Below, one piece after another: positions 10,265-24,478 of a DNA stretch of 37,059 nt; position 1 is the stretch's first letter, and each line of letters starts with the position of its first letter. The stretch is from a virus (lineage: Duplodnaviria > Heunggongvirae > Uroviricota > Caudoviricetes): the IMG/VR virus record IMGVR_UViG_2657245588_000006, one strand, 5' to 3'. The translations under genes were made by a program, and so were the position numbers. The notes beneath the pieces are model-generated. The model saw only the letters and a list, made by a program, of their open reading frames with translations. It ran no database searches and was not told the DNA's origin.

Positions 10265-10660
10265 TTACACTGGTGTGTTCAGCAAATCGTTAACGGCATC
10301 AGATGCCGGGTTACCTGCAGCCAGCGGTGCCGGTGCCCCCTGCATCAGACGATCCAGCGCAGTGTCACTGCGCGCCTGTGCACTCTGTGGTGCTGCGGCC
10401 AGAATGCGGCGGGCCGTTTCCACGGTCATACCGGGGGTTTCTGCCAGCACGCGTGCCTGTTCTTCGCGTCCGTGAGCCTCCTCACAGTTGAGGATCCCCA
10501 TAATGCGGCTGTTTTCTGCCGCAACCGCTGCGGTGATCTGCGCGTTCACGTCCGGCTGCGCCGCGCTGGCGTTTTCGCCCTCCGTCGCTGGCACCACGTC
10601 AGTAACGTCAGCCTGCGAAGCAGTGGCTGAAACAGTTGTTGATTGAGTCTCTTTGGTCAT
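10265..10660 (-). CDS. Nu3: Capsid scaffolding protein Nu3 (in-frame internal start within C)
   Basis: ATG at 10660 preceded by GGAGGGCGA; in frame with C; 131 aa starting MTKETQSTTVSATASQ. Confidence 0.7.
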   Translation of the reverse strand: MTKETQSTTVSATASQADVTDVVPATEGENASAAQPDVNAQITAAVAAENSRIMGILNCEEAHGREEQARVLAETPGMTVETARRILAAAPQSAQARSDTALDRLMQGAPAPLAAGNPASDAVNDLLNTPV

Positions 10661-11564
10661 TCGCCCTCCTGAGAGACGGGATTTACGTGCATCCAGTGCA
10701 TCACGCATGACGGTGATCGCATCGGTGCTGTTAACAAGTTCATCAGCCAGTCCGGCATCAATGGCCTCCTGACCGCTGTACACTGCAGCCTCGGTATCCA
10801 GCACAGCCTGCACGGACAGGCCGGTATATGCCGACACCTTCTGCGCAAACATCTGGCGGGTTGCGTCCATCCGGGACTGCAGTGTCTCCCGGACGTCATC
10901 CGGAAGATGGCTGTAGGGGTTGCCATCCACCTTATGGCTGCCGCTGTAAATCAGAGTGATTTCCACACCCTGTTTCTCCAGCGCAGCACCGTAATTACTG
11001 TGAGCCATCATGACGCCGATGGAGCCTGTCCGGGCGGTCTGCGTGACCAGACGCCGGGAGGCGGCACTGGCAAGCAGCTGACCTGCACTGCAGTTCATGT
11101 CGTTGGCCAGCGCCCATACCGGTTTTATGTCACGCACACGGGCGATGATGTCAGCGCAGTCAAATGCCCCCGCCACCATCCCGCCGGGCGTGTCCATATC
11201 GAGCAGAATGCCGTCCACCATCGGATCGCTGGCAGCCTGTTGCAGACGGGCGATAATGCCGTTGTAACCGGTCATCCCCGAGTACGGCTGCAGCGCCCGC
11301 GTCCGGCTGACCAGCGTGCCGGACACCGGCAGCACGGCGATGCCGTTCATGACCTGATAACTGCGGGCCTGTCGTGGTCCGTCATCATCACCGGATAATG
11401 CCAGCGTCGCGAGTGCCTCCTGGGCAGTCAGGCTGTCGCCGGACACCGCATCCATCAGGCGGCTGATCCCAAGCTGGCCTGCAAACGCACAAAAGAAAAC
11501 CCGCGCATAGGCGGGTTCAAGCATCAGCGGCTCATTAAAAGCCATGCTGGCAATATGCGGGAGA

Positions 11565-11584
<20 letters not shown>
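10265..11584 (-). CDS. C: Capsid assembly protease C
   Basis: GTG start at 11584 preceded by AGAGGAGGAGAAGA; 439 aa beginning (M)TAELRNLPHIASMAFNEPL; 20-nt overlap with the B 3' end, as in lambda. Confidence 0.88.
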
Positions 11585-15265
<3,681 letters not shown>

Positions 15266-15291
<26 letters not shown>

Positions 15292-15811
15292 TCAGCAACC
15301 CCGGTATCAGTTCATCCAGCGCGGCTGCTTTGTTCATGGCTTTGATGATATCCCGTTTCAGGAAATCAACATGTCGGTTTTCCAGTTCCGGAAAACGCCG
15401 CTGCACCGACAGGGGGATCCCGTCGAGAATACTGGCAATTTCACCTGCGATCCGCGACAGCACGAAAGTACAGAATGCGGTTTCCACCACTTCAGCGGAG
15501 TCTCTGGCATTTTTCAGCTCCTGTGCGTCGGCCTGCGCACGCGTAAGTCGATGGCGTTCGTACTCAATAGTCCCTGGCTGGAGATCTGTCTCGCTGGCCT
15601 GCCGCAGTTCTTCAACTTCCCGGCGCAGCTTTTCGTTCTCAATTTCAGCATCCCTTTCGGCATACCATCTTATAACGGCGGCAGAGTCATAAAGCACCTC
15701 ATTACCCTTGCCACCGCCTCGCAGAACGGGCATTCCCTGTTCCTGCCAGTTCTGAATGGTACGGATACTCGCACCGAAAATGTCAGCCAGCTGCTTTTTG
15801 TTGACTTCCAT
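15266..15811 (-). CDS. Nu1: Terminase small subunit Nu1
   Basis: 181-aa ORF starting MEVNKKQLADIFGASIRTIQNWQEQGMPV (HTH), lambda gpNu1. Confidence 0.93.
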
Positions 15812-16060
15812 TGTTCATTCCACGGCCAAAAACAGAGAAAGGAAACGACAGAGGCCCAAAAGCTCGTTTTCAGCACCTGTCGTTTCCTTTCTTTTCAGGG
15901 GGTATTTTAAATAAAAACATTAAGTTACGACGAAGAAGAACGGAAATGCCTTAAACCGGAAAATTTTCATAAATAGCGAAAACCCGCGAGGTCGCCGCCC
16001 CGTAACCTGTCGGATCGCCGGAAAGGACCCGCAAAATGATAATAATTATCATCTGCATGT
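15812..16060 (-). other. cos: cos site: cosB between cosN and Nu1, cosN cohesive-end sequence at 15989..16000, cosQ side to about 16060
   Basis: Plus strand aggtcgccgccc at 15989..16000 is the reverse complement of the lambda 12-nt cohesive end GGGCGGCGACCT; flanking sequence on both sides matches the remembered lambda left and right genome ends. Confidence 0.9.
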
Positions 16061-16199
16061 CACAACGTGCATCTACGCCATCAAACCACGTCAAATAATC
16101 AATTATGACGCAGGTATCATATTAATTGATCTGCATCAACTTAACGTAAAAACAACTTCAGACAATACAAATCAGCGACACTGAATACGGGACAACCTC

Positions 16200-16433
16200 A
16201 TGTCAACGAAGAACAGAACCCGCAGAACAACAACCCGCAACATCCGCTTTCCTAACCAAATGATTGAACAAATTAACATCGCTCTTGATCAAAAAGGGTC
16301 CGGGAATTTCTCAGCCTGGGTCATTGAAGCCTGCCGCCGGAGACTGTGCTCAAAAAAAAGAGTTTCTCCTGAAGCAAACAAAGAAAAGAGTGACATTACT
16401 GAATTGCTCAGAAAACAGATCAGACCAGATTGA
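16200..16433 (+). CDS. Small YlcI-like protein (DUF3950-type, ribbon-helix-helix-like pattern)
   Basis: 77-aa ORF starting MSTKNRTRRTTTRNIRFPNQMIEQINIALDQKGSGNFSAWVIEACRRRL; resembles cos-proximal YlcI of defective lambdoid prophages as I remember it. Confidence 0.5.
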   Translation: MSTKNRTRRTTTRNIRFPNQMIEQINIALDQKGSGNFSAWVIEACRRRLCSKKRVSPEANKEKSDITELLRKQIRPD

Positions 16434-16489
16434 AGCAATTTAGATAATCGTGCAGACTACGCCCCTCATATCACATGGAAGGTACTACA

Positions 16490-16900
16490 ATGGCTCAGGT
16501 TGCCATTTTTAAACAAATATTCGATAAAGTGCGAAATAATTTAAACTATCACTGGTTTTATTCTGAACTAAAACGTCACAATGTCTCACATTACATTTAC
16601 TATTTAGCCACAGAGAATATTCATCTTGTTCTTGAAAACGATAATACGGTTTTAATAAAAGGACAGGGTAAGGTTGTAAATGTAAGATTTTCAAAAAATA
16701 AATGCCTTATAGAAGCCACATTAAAAGGATTCAAATCAGGAGAGTTATCATTTTACGAATACAGGAAAAATCTTGCTACAGCAGGGGTTTTCAGATGGAT
16801 TACAAATATCCACGAAAACAAAAGGTATTACTATACCTTTGATAATTCATTACTCTTTACTGAGAACATTCAGAACACTACACAAATATTTCCGCACTAA
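16490..16900 (+). CDS. YbcV-like protein (DUF1398 family, tentative)
   Basis: Track ORF from 16475; second ATG at 16490 with an AAGG-type RBS gives 136 aa; cos-proximal position as in DLP12; family assignment from memory only. Confidence 0.4.
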   Translation: MAQVAIFKQIFDKVRNNLNYHWFYSELKRHNVSHYIYYLATENIHLVLENDNTVLIKGQGKVVNVRFSKNKCLIEATLKGFKSGELSFYEYRKNLATAGVFRWITNIHENKRYYYTFDNSLLFTENIQNTTQIFPH

Positions 16901-17194
16901 ATCATAACGTCCGGTTTCTTCCGCGCCAGAACCGGACTCGCTGGCATGATGAAATATGTGTACCCGGTAACCCTGGTGTGCATCGTTTTTGATTATTCCC
17001 GCACACTCGCGCAGAAGGAGTTCCCCGTCGGGCTACGGTCTCTGTTAATACGGGAATACGGCGACGATACAGCGCATGATGTGTCAGGCTTGAATACCTT
17101 TATCCTTTAAAAGGGATATCAGTTAAGTTATCCCGTGTAGGGTATAAGCCATTATCAAAGCCACTCTGTAGGGAATGGCTTTTGTGATGGCAAT

Positions 17195-17217
17195 AAAAAG
17201 CCACACATATGCGTGGC
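17195..17217 (-). terminator. Intrinsic terminator candidate downstream of the protease gene
   Basis: 7-bp stem with one mismatch (gccacac atat gcgtggc) followed on the minus strand by TTTTT. Confidence 0.4.
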
Positions 17218-17250
17218 CATATCATGTATAAAATCTTATACAACGAATGT

Positions 17251-17991
17251 TTATTTCGTAGGGAAAGATGTGATCACATCAACGATGGGCTGGATTGAAA
17301 ATCCAATACCAATTCCGGAGTTAGCATTCTGCGACATCATGTCCGAAACAATCTGTAGCGATCTACCAAACATGTCCGCCATTTGCCCGAAATTAACACC
17401 CATGATCTCAACACTTCCATGCTGACTTGCTGAAGAAAGATATTGTCGCAGTTGGGCTATTTCTTGGCTGAAAGCATCAGCCTGATCGCCCATTATATAT
17501 CTACGCTGGGTGACGATACCTACTAACTCTCCCGAATCTCGATCAATAATAGGTCCTCCTGAGTTCCCCCCATTAACCATTCCATCAAGCGTAAATCGGC
17601 CATGCTCCATCGGTGCTGAAATAATTGCCTCACTTGTTAGTAACAGAGGTATCCCATGCGGGTATCCTGCAAAAATTACTTTTCTGCCCCTGGATGGAGC
17701 AAACCCAGCAGATGGTTGAAGGACTGTTCTCCCGGCAGGAAGCTGTGATTGCAACCGCATAATCGCAAAGTCGTTGTCACCATCAATGTGCAATATTTGA
17801 GCTTCGATATGCTCATTAACTTCAGTTTGAAGGATGACATGATTAATTTGACGCAGGTTCTGCAAGTCACAGCAGGTGGCGACAACATGCAAATTGGTTA
17901 CGACCAGATCTTCTCGCATGAAGCTGAACCCACTACCACGAGAATCACCTGCAATGACCTGAAACGTTGCGTTGGCTAAAGTTTGATGCAT
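17251..17991 (-). CDS. Trypsin-like (S1/chymotrypsin fold) serine protease, no signal peptide
   Basis: 246-aa ORF with GGAG RBS; candidate catalytic His in VTNLHVV, Asp in GDNDFAIM, Ser in GGNSGGP; no N-terminal hydrophobic signal. Confidence 0.7.
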   Translation of the reverse strand: MHQTLANATFQVIAGDSRGSGFSFMREDLVVTNLHVVATCCDLQNLRQINHVILQTEVNEHIEAQILHIDGDNDFAIMRLQSQLPAGRTVLQPSAGFAPSRGRKVIFAGYPHGIPLLLTSEAIISAPMEHGRFTLDGMVNGGNSGGPIIDRDSGELVGIVTQRRYIMGDQADAFSQEIAQLRQYLSSASQHGSVEIMGVNFGQMADMFGRSLQIVSDMMSQNANSGIGIGFSIQPIVDVITSFPTK

Positions 17992-18103
17992 CGATTTTCT
18001 CCGATACCGGTGAGTGAAAATTCATAATGGATTCATCCACCAGTTTAATTAATGAGATACATCAATTCACACGCAAAATATTCAACGCATCAATCAGCTC
18101 GTT

Positions 18104-18541
<438 letters not shown>

Positions 18542-18621
18542 TAAGGCAGGAGGTTCATCTTTCAGTGGCTGCCAGTGTTATTTCCCCACTTACTGGCTTG
18601 GGTTGTTTCGCGGTACTACCG

Positions 18622-19164
18622 TTAATTGGTGAGTCCGGGGATTACGGTTTGCCCGTGCTGTTCAAGGCGTTCAATTCTCGCCATTAACTGAGGCTTCTTA
18701 ATTTTTCCCCAGCGATTAAGCAGGCGGCCTGACATGCTGGCAACATCCTTCTCTTTCATGTACTCCAGCATTACGGCATTTCTCTCTTCTTCAAATTGAC
18801 GATGACCAACCTGAAGCATGGCGTACATCCAGTTGAATGCGTTGATGTAAGCAATTTTGATACGCATTGCTTCTTTTTTGGTGTAGGACATAACCAAAAG
18901 CATCAACCCATCCTTACGTAGCCGATAGAATTTTTGTGGCTTACCATTCTGTAACTCATTGTTTTTATAGCAAACCTCAAAATTGAGTTTTGTATCAAAC
19001 TCTTCAGGACAAGCAGCGATTGTTCTTTCTACATCACGCACAACGTTGTCATGTCGCTTACGAAATGCTTTCGCCACCATAAATGAATCGGTGACAGGGT
19101 CATTGTTGGTAATAAAAACCAGTTCTTTGAAATCAATGCCGTCAACGATAGTTGGATAATTCAT
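18622..19164 (-). CDS. rha: Rha-family phage regulatory protein
   Basis: 180-aa ORF with an N-terminal motif FITNNDPVTDSFMVAKAFRKRHDNVVRDVE typical of the Rha domain. Confidence 0.6.
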   Translation of the reverse strand: MNYPTIVDGIDFKELVFITNNDPVTDSFMVAKAFRKRHDNVVRDVERTIAACPEEFDTKLNFEVCYKNNELQNGKPQKFYRLRKDGLMLLVMSYTKKEAMRIKIAYINAFNWMYAMLQVGHRQFEEERNAVMLEYMKEKDVASMSGRLLNRWGKIKKPQLMARIERLEQHGQTVIPGLTN

Positions 19165-19311
19165 CGGTAATTACCTTTTAGTGATGAACCTTGTCACACA
19201 GGATTCCGGCCCACAGAAAGGCACCGATAACCAAACCGGCATCCTCAAGGGTCATCCTGAAAGGCTCTGTGTTCATAAGTCGCGCGTGTGAAGCGCATTT
19301 ACTGAGGACAT

Positions 19312-19335
19312 AAAAAAGCCCCGCTTCTGCGAGGC
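19312..19335. terminator. Hairpin flanked by A6 and T-run (bidirectional terminator candidate) downstream of Rz
   Basis: aaaaaa gccccgc ttct gcgaggc atttt; 7-bp stem with one mismatch. Confidence 0.4.
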
Positions 19336-19377
19336 ATTTTCCTGAAAGTCACTTGTTAAATTTCAGTGAAGTTAAAA

Positions 19378-19815
19378 TTATTTTAAGCACTGAGTCCTGA
19401 TGTACTCCTGCAGGTAGTTAACCTGCGCGGTTATCCTGTCGATTCCACTTCGGAGACGGTAATAATTGAGTTCAGCATCTGCTGTAAGTCTTGGGCTTTC
19501 TCCATCGCCCATGCTGCTGGCTCCGGTCTTTGACTTTGCACATGAGGCGGCGACTTGCAGCCGCTTACGCCCAGCAGAAACATCATCACGGAGACTTTCG
19601 ATAGTCGCGTTAGCATCAGCAAGCTCCTTTGTATATCTGGCGTCGAGTTCTGCTACGTCACGTTGACGCTTCTGCATGTCAGCGATGATGGATGTGGCTT
19701 TGTCGCGCTGGGCTTTGTAGGCGATGGCGTTATCACGGTAATGATTAACAGCCCATAACAGGCAGACGATGATGCAGATAACCAGAGCGGAGATAATCGC
19801 GGTGACTCTGCTCAT
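19378..19815 (-). CDS. Rz: i-spanin Rz
   Basis: 145-aa ORF with an N-terminal TM helix and coiled-coil periplasmic part; overlaps the R stop; Rz1 embedded in the +1 frame. Confidence 0.85.
   Translation of the reverse strand: MSRVTAIISALVICIIVCLLWAVNHYRDNAIAYKAQRDKATSIIADMQKRQRDVAELDARYTKELADANATIESLRDDVSAGRKRLQVAASCAKSKTGASSMGDGESPRLTADAELNYYRLRSGIDRITAQVNYLQEYIRTQCLK
19431..19616 (-). CDS. Rz1: o-spanin Rz1 (lipoprotein embedded within Rz)
   Basis: ATG at 19616 with AAGGAG RBS; lipobox LLGVSGC; Pro-rich mature part ([16 protein letters not shown]); entirely inside Rz in another frame. Confidence 0.75.
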   Translation of the reverse strand: MLTRLSKVSVMMFLLGVSGCKSPPHVQSQRPEPAAWAMEKAQDLQQMLNSIITVSEVESTG

Positions 19816-20288
19816 GCCTCAATCTCTCTGACCGTTCCGCCTGCTTCTTTGAATTTTGAAATCAGACTGTCAGCCTTATGCTCGAACTGACCATAACCAG
19901 CGCCCGGCAATGAAGCCCAGATATTGCTGCAACGGTCGATTGCCTGACGAATATCACCGCGGTCAATCATCGGTAAAGCGCCACGCTCTTTAATCTGTTG
20001 CAATGCCACAGCGTCCTGGCTTTTCGGAGAGAAGTCTTTCAGGCCAAGCTGCTTACGATAGGCATCCCACCAACGGGAAAGAAGCTGGTAACGTCCGGCT
20101 GCTGTTGATTTGAGTTTTGGGTTTAGCGTGACAAGTTTGCGAGGGTGATCGGAGTAATCAGTAAACAGTTCACCACCGACAATAACATCATAACCGTGGT
20201 TACGTGTCGGTTGTCGCCCGTTATCCGTTCCTTCTGACCATGCAACCATATCCAGGAAAGCTTTACGCTGGGAATTTAGTACCTGCAT
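19812..20288 (-). CDS. R: Endolysin R (lambda-type lytic transglycosylase)
   Basis: 158-aa ORF starting [51 protein letters not shown], very close to lambda R as remembered; AAGGAG RBS. Confidence 0.92.
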   Translation of the reverse strand: MQVLNSQRKAFLDMVAWSEGTDNGRQPTRNHGYDVIVGGELFTDYSDHPRKLVTLNPKLKSTAAGRYQLLSRWWDAYRKQLGLKDFSPKSQDAVALQQIKERGALPMIDRGDIRQAIDRCSNIWASLPGAGYGQFEHKADSLISKFKEAGGTVREIEA

Positions 20289-20291
20289 AAA

Positions 20292-20618
20292 TTACTCCTT
20301 CGAGCTACCAAACTTGTTACCGATTACTCTCATTGCAGCCCCACGAATAGCATCGACCCCGATCAGCCCAACGCCGCCACCAATGGCAACAGAAAGAGAT
20401 TTAGGCCATCCGACATACTCAAGAGCGGATGCAAAAGTCAGCGTCAGAGCACCACAGAGCAAAATCTCGAGCGTTTTTCGTTTCCAGCCACCACCACCGC
20501 CAAAATAGGCAATGCGCAAGCCAGCCATAACGATCGACATAATCACTGCGCCCAGCGGTGTGTCTCCACGCCACCAGCTCTGGACCAACTCCAGCCAGGT
20601 ATTTGGGTTATGAGGCAT
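20292..20618 (-). CDS. S: Holin (not lambda-S-like in sequence)
   Basis: 108-aa ORF directly upstream of R with hydrophobic segments and a charged C-terminus; RBS GAGGTGAGAG. Confidence 0.75.
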   Translation of the reverse strand: MPHNPNTWLELVQSWWRGDTPLGAVIMSIVMAGLRIAYFGGGGGWKRKTLEILLCGALTLTFASALEYVGWPKSLSVAIGGGVGLIGVDAIRGAAMRVIGNKFGSSKE

Positions 20619-21072
20619 TTGTAGTTATCTCTCACCTCGCCGATACAGGAGGTGCAAATTGAGGGAGTACCACGAACCGCAAACCAGAAGCGGAAACGTA
20701 AAAGAAGCCGAGCCAATGGATAAGTGCTAGATAGACCAAGCCCAACGAATACCAAGGCCCAGAAATGACAAAACCCGCTCGACGGCAGGTTTAAGCTGTG
20801 TGGCGAAGTAACCACTCTTAACAGATTACACGATAAAATGCGGACCGCGTGAGGAAAACTATGGTTTTTTTGAAGCGAATGAGTAAAATCAACGCCACTT
20901 TGCACATAAGTTATCCACACTGTACGTTTGCAAAATCTCATTGCTCTCTTTGAGTTTTGTAAATGCGCTAATTTTTGGACTTTTTTTGCCGATAGAATCT
21001 AACCACTTGTGTGGTAAGTTCTGAATGAATGTTACCTCTTGGTTTGAAAATTCTTAACATAAGGACATCTGA

Positions 21073-22068
21073 ATGTTTGAGCAGCGTAAAGCCCTGTATG
21101 CGCAACTGGAACAAGCACGCAATTCAAAAGTATTATGCTATGTAACAGGTGATAGACCAAACCAAGAAGCTCAAATCAGCGCTGATGTATTCGATCTGTT
21201 CGTCAATCATCTTGATGTGATAGGTGATGTTCAAAAAATTAGCCTCGTGCTCTATACGCGAGGCGGCGACACTTTAACAGCATGGAGCCTTGTAAACCTG
21301 CTTCGTCAGTTTTGTAAAGAACTCGAAATCATAATCCCATCCAAATGCCATAGTTCTGGGACGATAATGTGCCTTGGCGCGAACAACTTGGTTATGACCA
21401 AGCAGGCAACCTTAGGGCCAATCGATCCAAGTGTGAATACACCACTTAACCCTTCGGCCATAATCAATGGGCAGCCACTTCAACTTCCAGTCAGTGTTGA
21501 AGAAATCAATGGCTATCTTGAAGTAGTTAAGCATGATTTGAGTATCAAAGATGATGCCTCACTTGCACAGATCCTCCTTGCATTAAGTGAAAAGGTTCAT
21601 CCCTTGGTACTTGGAAAAGTCTATCGAGCTAAAGCGCAGATTCAAATGCTCGCAAGAAAACTACTGTCTCACCAACTCACTGATAGTGAAAGCATTGAGA
21701 AAATTGTAAGTTTCCTTTGTAGTGATTCTGGTAGCCATGACTACACTATAAATAGGATTGAAGCGGTAAACGATTTAGGTCTTACGGTGGAAAAACCAGA
21801 TGAGCACCTTTACGGTCTGATCAAAGAAATTTATGAAGATTTCAAAACTGAGATGCATCTGGGTGAACCTTTTGACCCAAATGCTATCTTAGGAACAGTT
21901 AACCAGGCATCGTACGTATCTGTCAGAAGCATTTTAGAGGCTCCAGACACGTTTTCATATCAATTCCGCACTGAGGGGATGTTACAGCGTTTGCAAGTTC
22001 CAGGCGTCCCAGGTCAGTTCGGCATAAATCATAACCTTATCTCAGAGGGGTGGGCTCGACATGGATAA
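21073..22068 (+). CDS. ClpP/crotonase-fold serine protease, SDH (serine dehydrogenase proteinase)-family-like
   Basis: 331-aa ORF with AAGGA RBS; YTRGGDTLTAWSL and KCHSSGTIMCLGAN resemble the ClpP/SppA oxyanion and Ser-nucleophile regions; oriented opposite to the flanking Q and S genes. Confidence 0.6.
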   Translation: MFEQRKALYAQLEQARNSKVLCYVTGDRPNQEAQISADVFDLFVNHLDVIGDVQKISLVLYTRGGDTLTAWSLVNLLRQFCKELEIIIPSKCHSSGTIMCLGANNLVMTKQATLGPIDPSVNTPLNPSAIINGQPLQLPVSVEEINGYLEVVKHDLSIKDDASLAQILLALSEKVHPLVLGKVYRAKAQIQMLARKLLSHQLTDSESIEKIVSFLCSDSGSHDYTINRIEAVNDLGLTVEKPDEHLYGLIKEIYEDFKTEMHLGEPFDPNAILGTVNQASYVSVRSILEAPDTFSYQFRTEGMLQRLQVPGVPGQFGINHNLISEGWARHG

Positions 22069-22240
22069 CAAATCATCTACAGGTAACTTTGTAGTCTATA
22101 CTAACAGGCATACAACTACAGCTGCGCCTAAGCCAGCAAGCATTCCATCCACTGCTCAAAAAACAAGCAACAATGGCGTCAATGGCTACAGTAACTTTTT
22201 AAGTTGCACCACAGGTTCAGTCATAAAAAACAGTTTCTAA
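22061..22240 (+). CDS. Hypothetical small Ser/Thr-rich protein (59 aa), start overlaps the protease stop
   Basis: ATG at 22061 overlaps the protease TAA (ATGGATAA); my translation MDNKSSTGNFVVYTNRHTTTAAPKPASIPSTAQKTSNNGVNGYSNFLSCTTGSVIKNSF; stop 2 nt before the hairpin. Confidence 0.3.
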   Translation: MDNKSSTGNFVVYTNRHTTTAAPKPASIPSTAQKTSNNGVNGYSNFLSCTTGSVIKNSF

Positions 22241-22241
22241 A

Positions 22242-22268
22242 AACAACGGCTCTCTAAGAGCCGTTGTT
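22242..22268. terminator. Perfect 12-bp hairpin between Q and the protease cassette (bidirectional terminator candidate)
   Basis: AACAACGGCTCT cta AGAGCCGTTGTT; minus-strand side followed by TTTAGAAACTGTTTTTT; lies between the Q stop at 22273 and the small-ORF stop at 22240. Confidence 0.5.
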
Positions 22269-22272
22269 GTAT

Positions 22273-22635
22273 CTATTCACATTCTAAACGTATATCGAGC
22301 ATACTAAGGCAACCATCGATAAATCCCTCAGCCATCTGTATCTCAATGCGTATTAGTTTCTCATCCTTTTTACTAGCCTTGGCGAGCTTTCTTTTAGAGA
22401 TACCGTATAGGTAATGGGCAACAAGCAGCGAATGTTCGTCCGGCCTTTTTTGCTTTAGACGAGCAAGACAACCTTCAATAATTAATGCATCACTATCTGA
22501 ACAAGCCTGACGTGTTTTACTTGTATAGGGAAGAAGCCCTTTAAACCCAGCAGCTATAGGCGAATAATCTACTCCAGAACTATCACTCGCCGCCCATGCT
22601 CCCCAACGCTCCAGAACCATCTGAATATCACGCAT
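22273..22635 (-). CDS. Q: Late-gene antiterminator Q (QuuD / phage-82-type, not lambda-Q-type)
   Basis: ATG at 22635 with GGAG RBS gives 120 aa starting MRDIQMVLERWGAWAA, the start I recall for QuuD-type Q proteins. Confidence 0.8.
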   Translation of the reverse strand: MRDIQMVLERWGAWAASDSSGVDYSPIAAGFKGLLPYTSKTRQACSDSDALIIEGCLARLKQKRPDEHSLLVAHYLYGISKRKLAKASKKDEKLIRIEIQMAEGFIDGCLSMLDIRLECE

Positions 22636-22652
22636 CAACTTTCTCCACAAAA

Positions 22653-23648
22653 TCAGGCCAGCACACCAATCGCCAGCGCACGATCGATAAAACGAAATAT
22701 CAGCTCCAGCTGGGAGCCATACTTCTCTTCAAATGCCACGGTATCCGCATGCAGCTCGTCGTGATGCTTTCTGCACAAAGGCAACACAAAAAGGTCATGC
22801 GCTTTTGTACCCATTCCACCCTGACCGTGGCCTATCAGGTGGTGGGGATCATCGGCGGGCTTTCCACAACATGCACACGGCTGCGTCTTAACCCAGCGCG
22901 TGTACTTTTCATTAACCCAGCGGCGACGTTTTGGGCGTAACATAAAAGACTCCGGCGACTCCGGCTCCACTTTCAGCGCCAGCACCTTTTTCGCTTTATC
23001 CTGGATGATGCTGGTGGCAGGAACCGAAGGAACAAGATCACTTTCCCGGGTGACAGACGGCACAACAGGCTTCGGTAATCTCAGTGCCTTACGGGCTGCA
23101 CTTTCCGGTAAGGCATCCGCCAGGTCATTACGAACCAGCCACCAGCACAGTTCCGGCATTGTCACAACGTGACTGTCATCAAAACCGAGATCCCGACGCA
23201 CGACAGACAACACCCAGCGGGCACAGTTATCCGTTGCCATTGATTCCAGCCGTTCCGTGAACTGATCGCGCAGCTGGTTATCGCAGTGCCAGCACAGACG
23301 GATTGCGCCCGGAGCGTGTCGCATTGTGGTCATGTTCTCGCTGTGCCAGTCGGAATGAGGCCACTGGCAGCCTTTTTCACGAAGTAACCAGCTTTCAAGA
23401 CATTCCACGCCACCAGCACGACGGATCACCGCCTCATTGCGGAACACAGCCCGAACGGCAGGATCATCCGCCAGTGGTTGTAATGCCGCCGGAACGGCAC
23501 CACTGGAAAAAGATGAATAATGTTCCGGCTCAGGCTCCAGCAGGACACGCCCCTGCATAAACAGGGGCATCAGCTCTGAACCGGGTCTGAACAATACGAT
23601 CCCCATACGCGGGGCAATTTCAGGGGTCAGTAGCGCTCTCACGGTCAC
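22653..23648 (-). CDS. DUF968-domain protein (HNH-like C-terminal motif)
   Basis: 331-aa ORF; C-terminal CACCGKPADDPHHLIGHGQGGMGTKAHDLFVLPLCRKHHDELH; GTG at the track start, true start uncertain. Confidence 0.6.
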   Translation of the reverse strand: MTVRALLTPEIAPRMGIVLFRPGSELMPLFMQGRVLLEPEPEHYSSFSSGAVPAALQPLADDPAVRAVFRNEAVIRRAGGVECLESWLLREKGCQWPHSDWHSENMTTMRHAPGAIRLCWHCDNQLRDQFTERLESMATDNCARWVLSVVRRDLGFDDSHVVTMPELCWWLVRNDLADALPESAARKALRLPKPVVPSVTRESDLVPSVPATSIIQDKAKKVLALKVEPESPESFMLRPKRRRWVNEKYTRWVKTQPCACCGKPADDPHHLIGHGQGGMGTKAHDLFVLPLCRKHHDELHADTVAFEEKYGSQLELIFRFIDRALAIGVLA

Positions 23649-23649
23649 C

Positions 23650-24459
23650 TCAATGAACGGTATCGAGCAGCTTTAACAGCTCAGGGAATCGGGATTCGAA
23701 GAAATGCGGCTGCGTCTCACGCGGATTTGCAGGACTGGTGATGTTCTTGCCGAACATGCAGCCTTTCGCCGTCAGCGACCAGAATTTTTTAATGTTGTTA
23801 ATTGCGGTACGGCTGTATCGTTCGCGTTGTTCAACGATCCCCAGCTTCGCCATCTGGTGATATGCCTGATTAGCCGTCAGGCGGATACCATACTGCTTCA
23901 GCAGTGCACTCAGCGCCAGCGTCGGGCGGCTTGAGCCATCAGGCGCGTCAGCAGGAGCATCAATGGCATAGCGCGGTGCCAGATTCGGTAAGCCAACAGC
24001 CTCCTGGAGTTTCTGACAGGCACCAAGCACTGAAGAGTTAGACAGGTTTAACTCCCGGCGCATAAAGTCCAGCAGAATCACGCCAGCCTGCATCTTGTCA
24101 GCAGCCTGCCCGGATAATTTTTCCGGTGTGCTGGTTACCATATCGAAAGTACGGATCACCTTCAGATGGAATGACGGGCTGATCCACATTGCATAGGCAT
24201 ACACCAGTTCCTTACAGACATACGTTCCCCGTTCATTTCCCCCATGAATCACACTCACCGGGTCAACACCCAAATTCTGGGTGTTGGTTAATTCATGAAC
24301 AAGCTCAACAGTTTGTTGGCTGGAAAGAAACTTTCCTGGCTCCTTGGTTCTGGCATTTGCACCAGATGCTACTGCTGCGCGATGCAGATCGTTCAGGCTG
24401 TAACGCCCATAAGCATCCCGACGAACTTCAATACCATCAATGACCATCAGATTATTCAT
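23650..24459 (-). CDS. KilA-N domain protein
   Basis: 269-aa ORF; N-terminal MVIDGIEVRRDAYGRYSLNDLHRA resembles the KilA-N domain. Confidence 0.55.
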   Translation of the reverse strand: MNNLMVIDGIEVRRDAYGRYSLNDLHRAAVASGANARTKEPGKFLSSQQTVELVHELTNTQNLGVDPVSVIHGGNERGTYVCKELVYAYAMWISPSFHLKVIRTFDMVTSTPEKLSGQAADKMQAGVILLDFMRRELNLSNSSVLGACQKLQEAVGLPNLAPRYAIDAPADAPDGSSRPTLALSALLKQYGIRLTANQAYHQMAKLGIVEQRERYSRTAINNIKKFWSLTAKGCMFGKNITSPANPRETQPHFFESRFPELLKLLDTVH

Positions 24460-24478
24460 ACTTCGTTTCTCCTCTTAA

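Noticed and set aside
20543-20941. Minus-strand 132-aa ORF upstream of the holin gene
   Set aside because: Overlaps the holin start region, is Cys/Phe/Leu-rich, has no RBS, and lies where the late promoter, qut and tR' elements are expected; most likely non-coding.
20619-21072. Possible tRNA genes between Q and S, as in Stx-type phages
   Set aside because: No cloverleaf-compatible sequence or T-loop consensus (GGTTCGAATCC-like) found on either strand by eye; a tRNAscan run would settle it.
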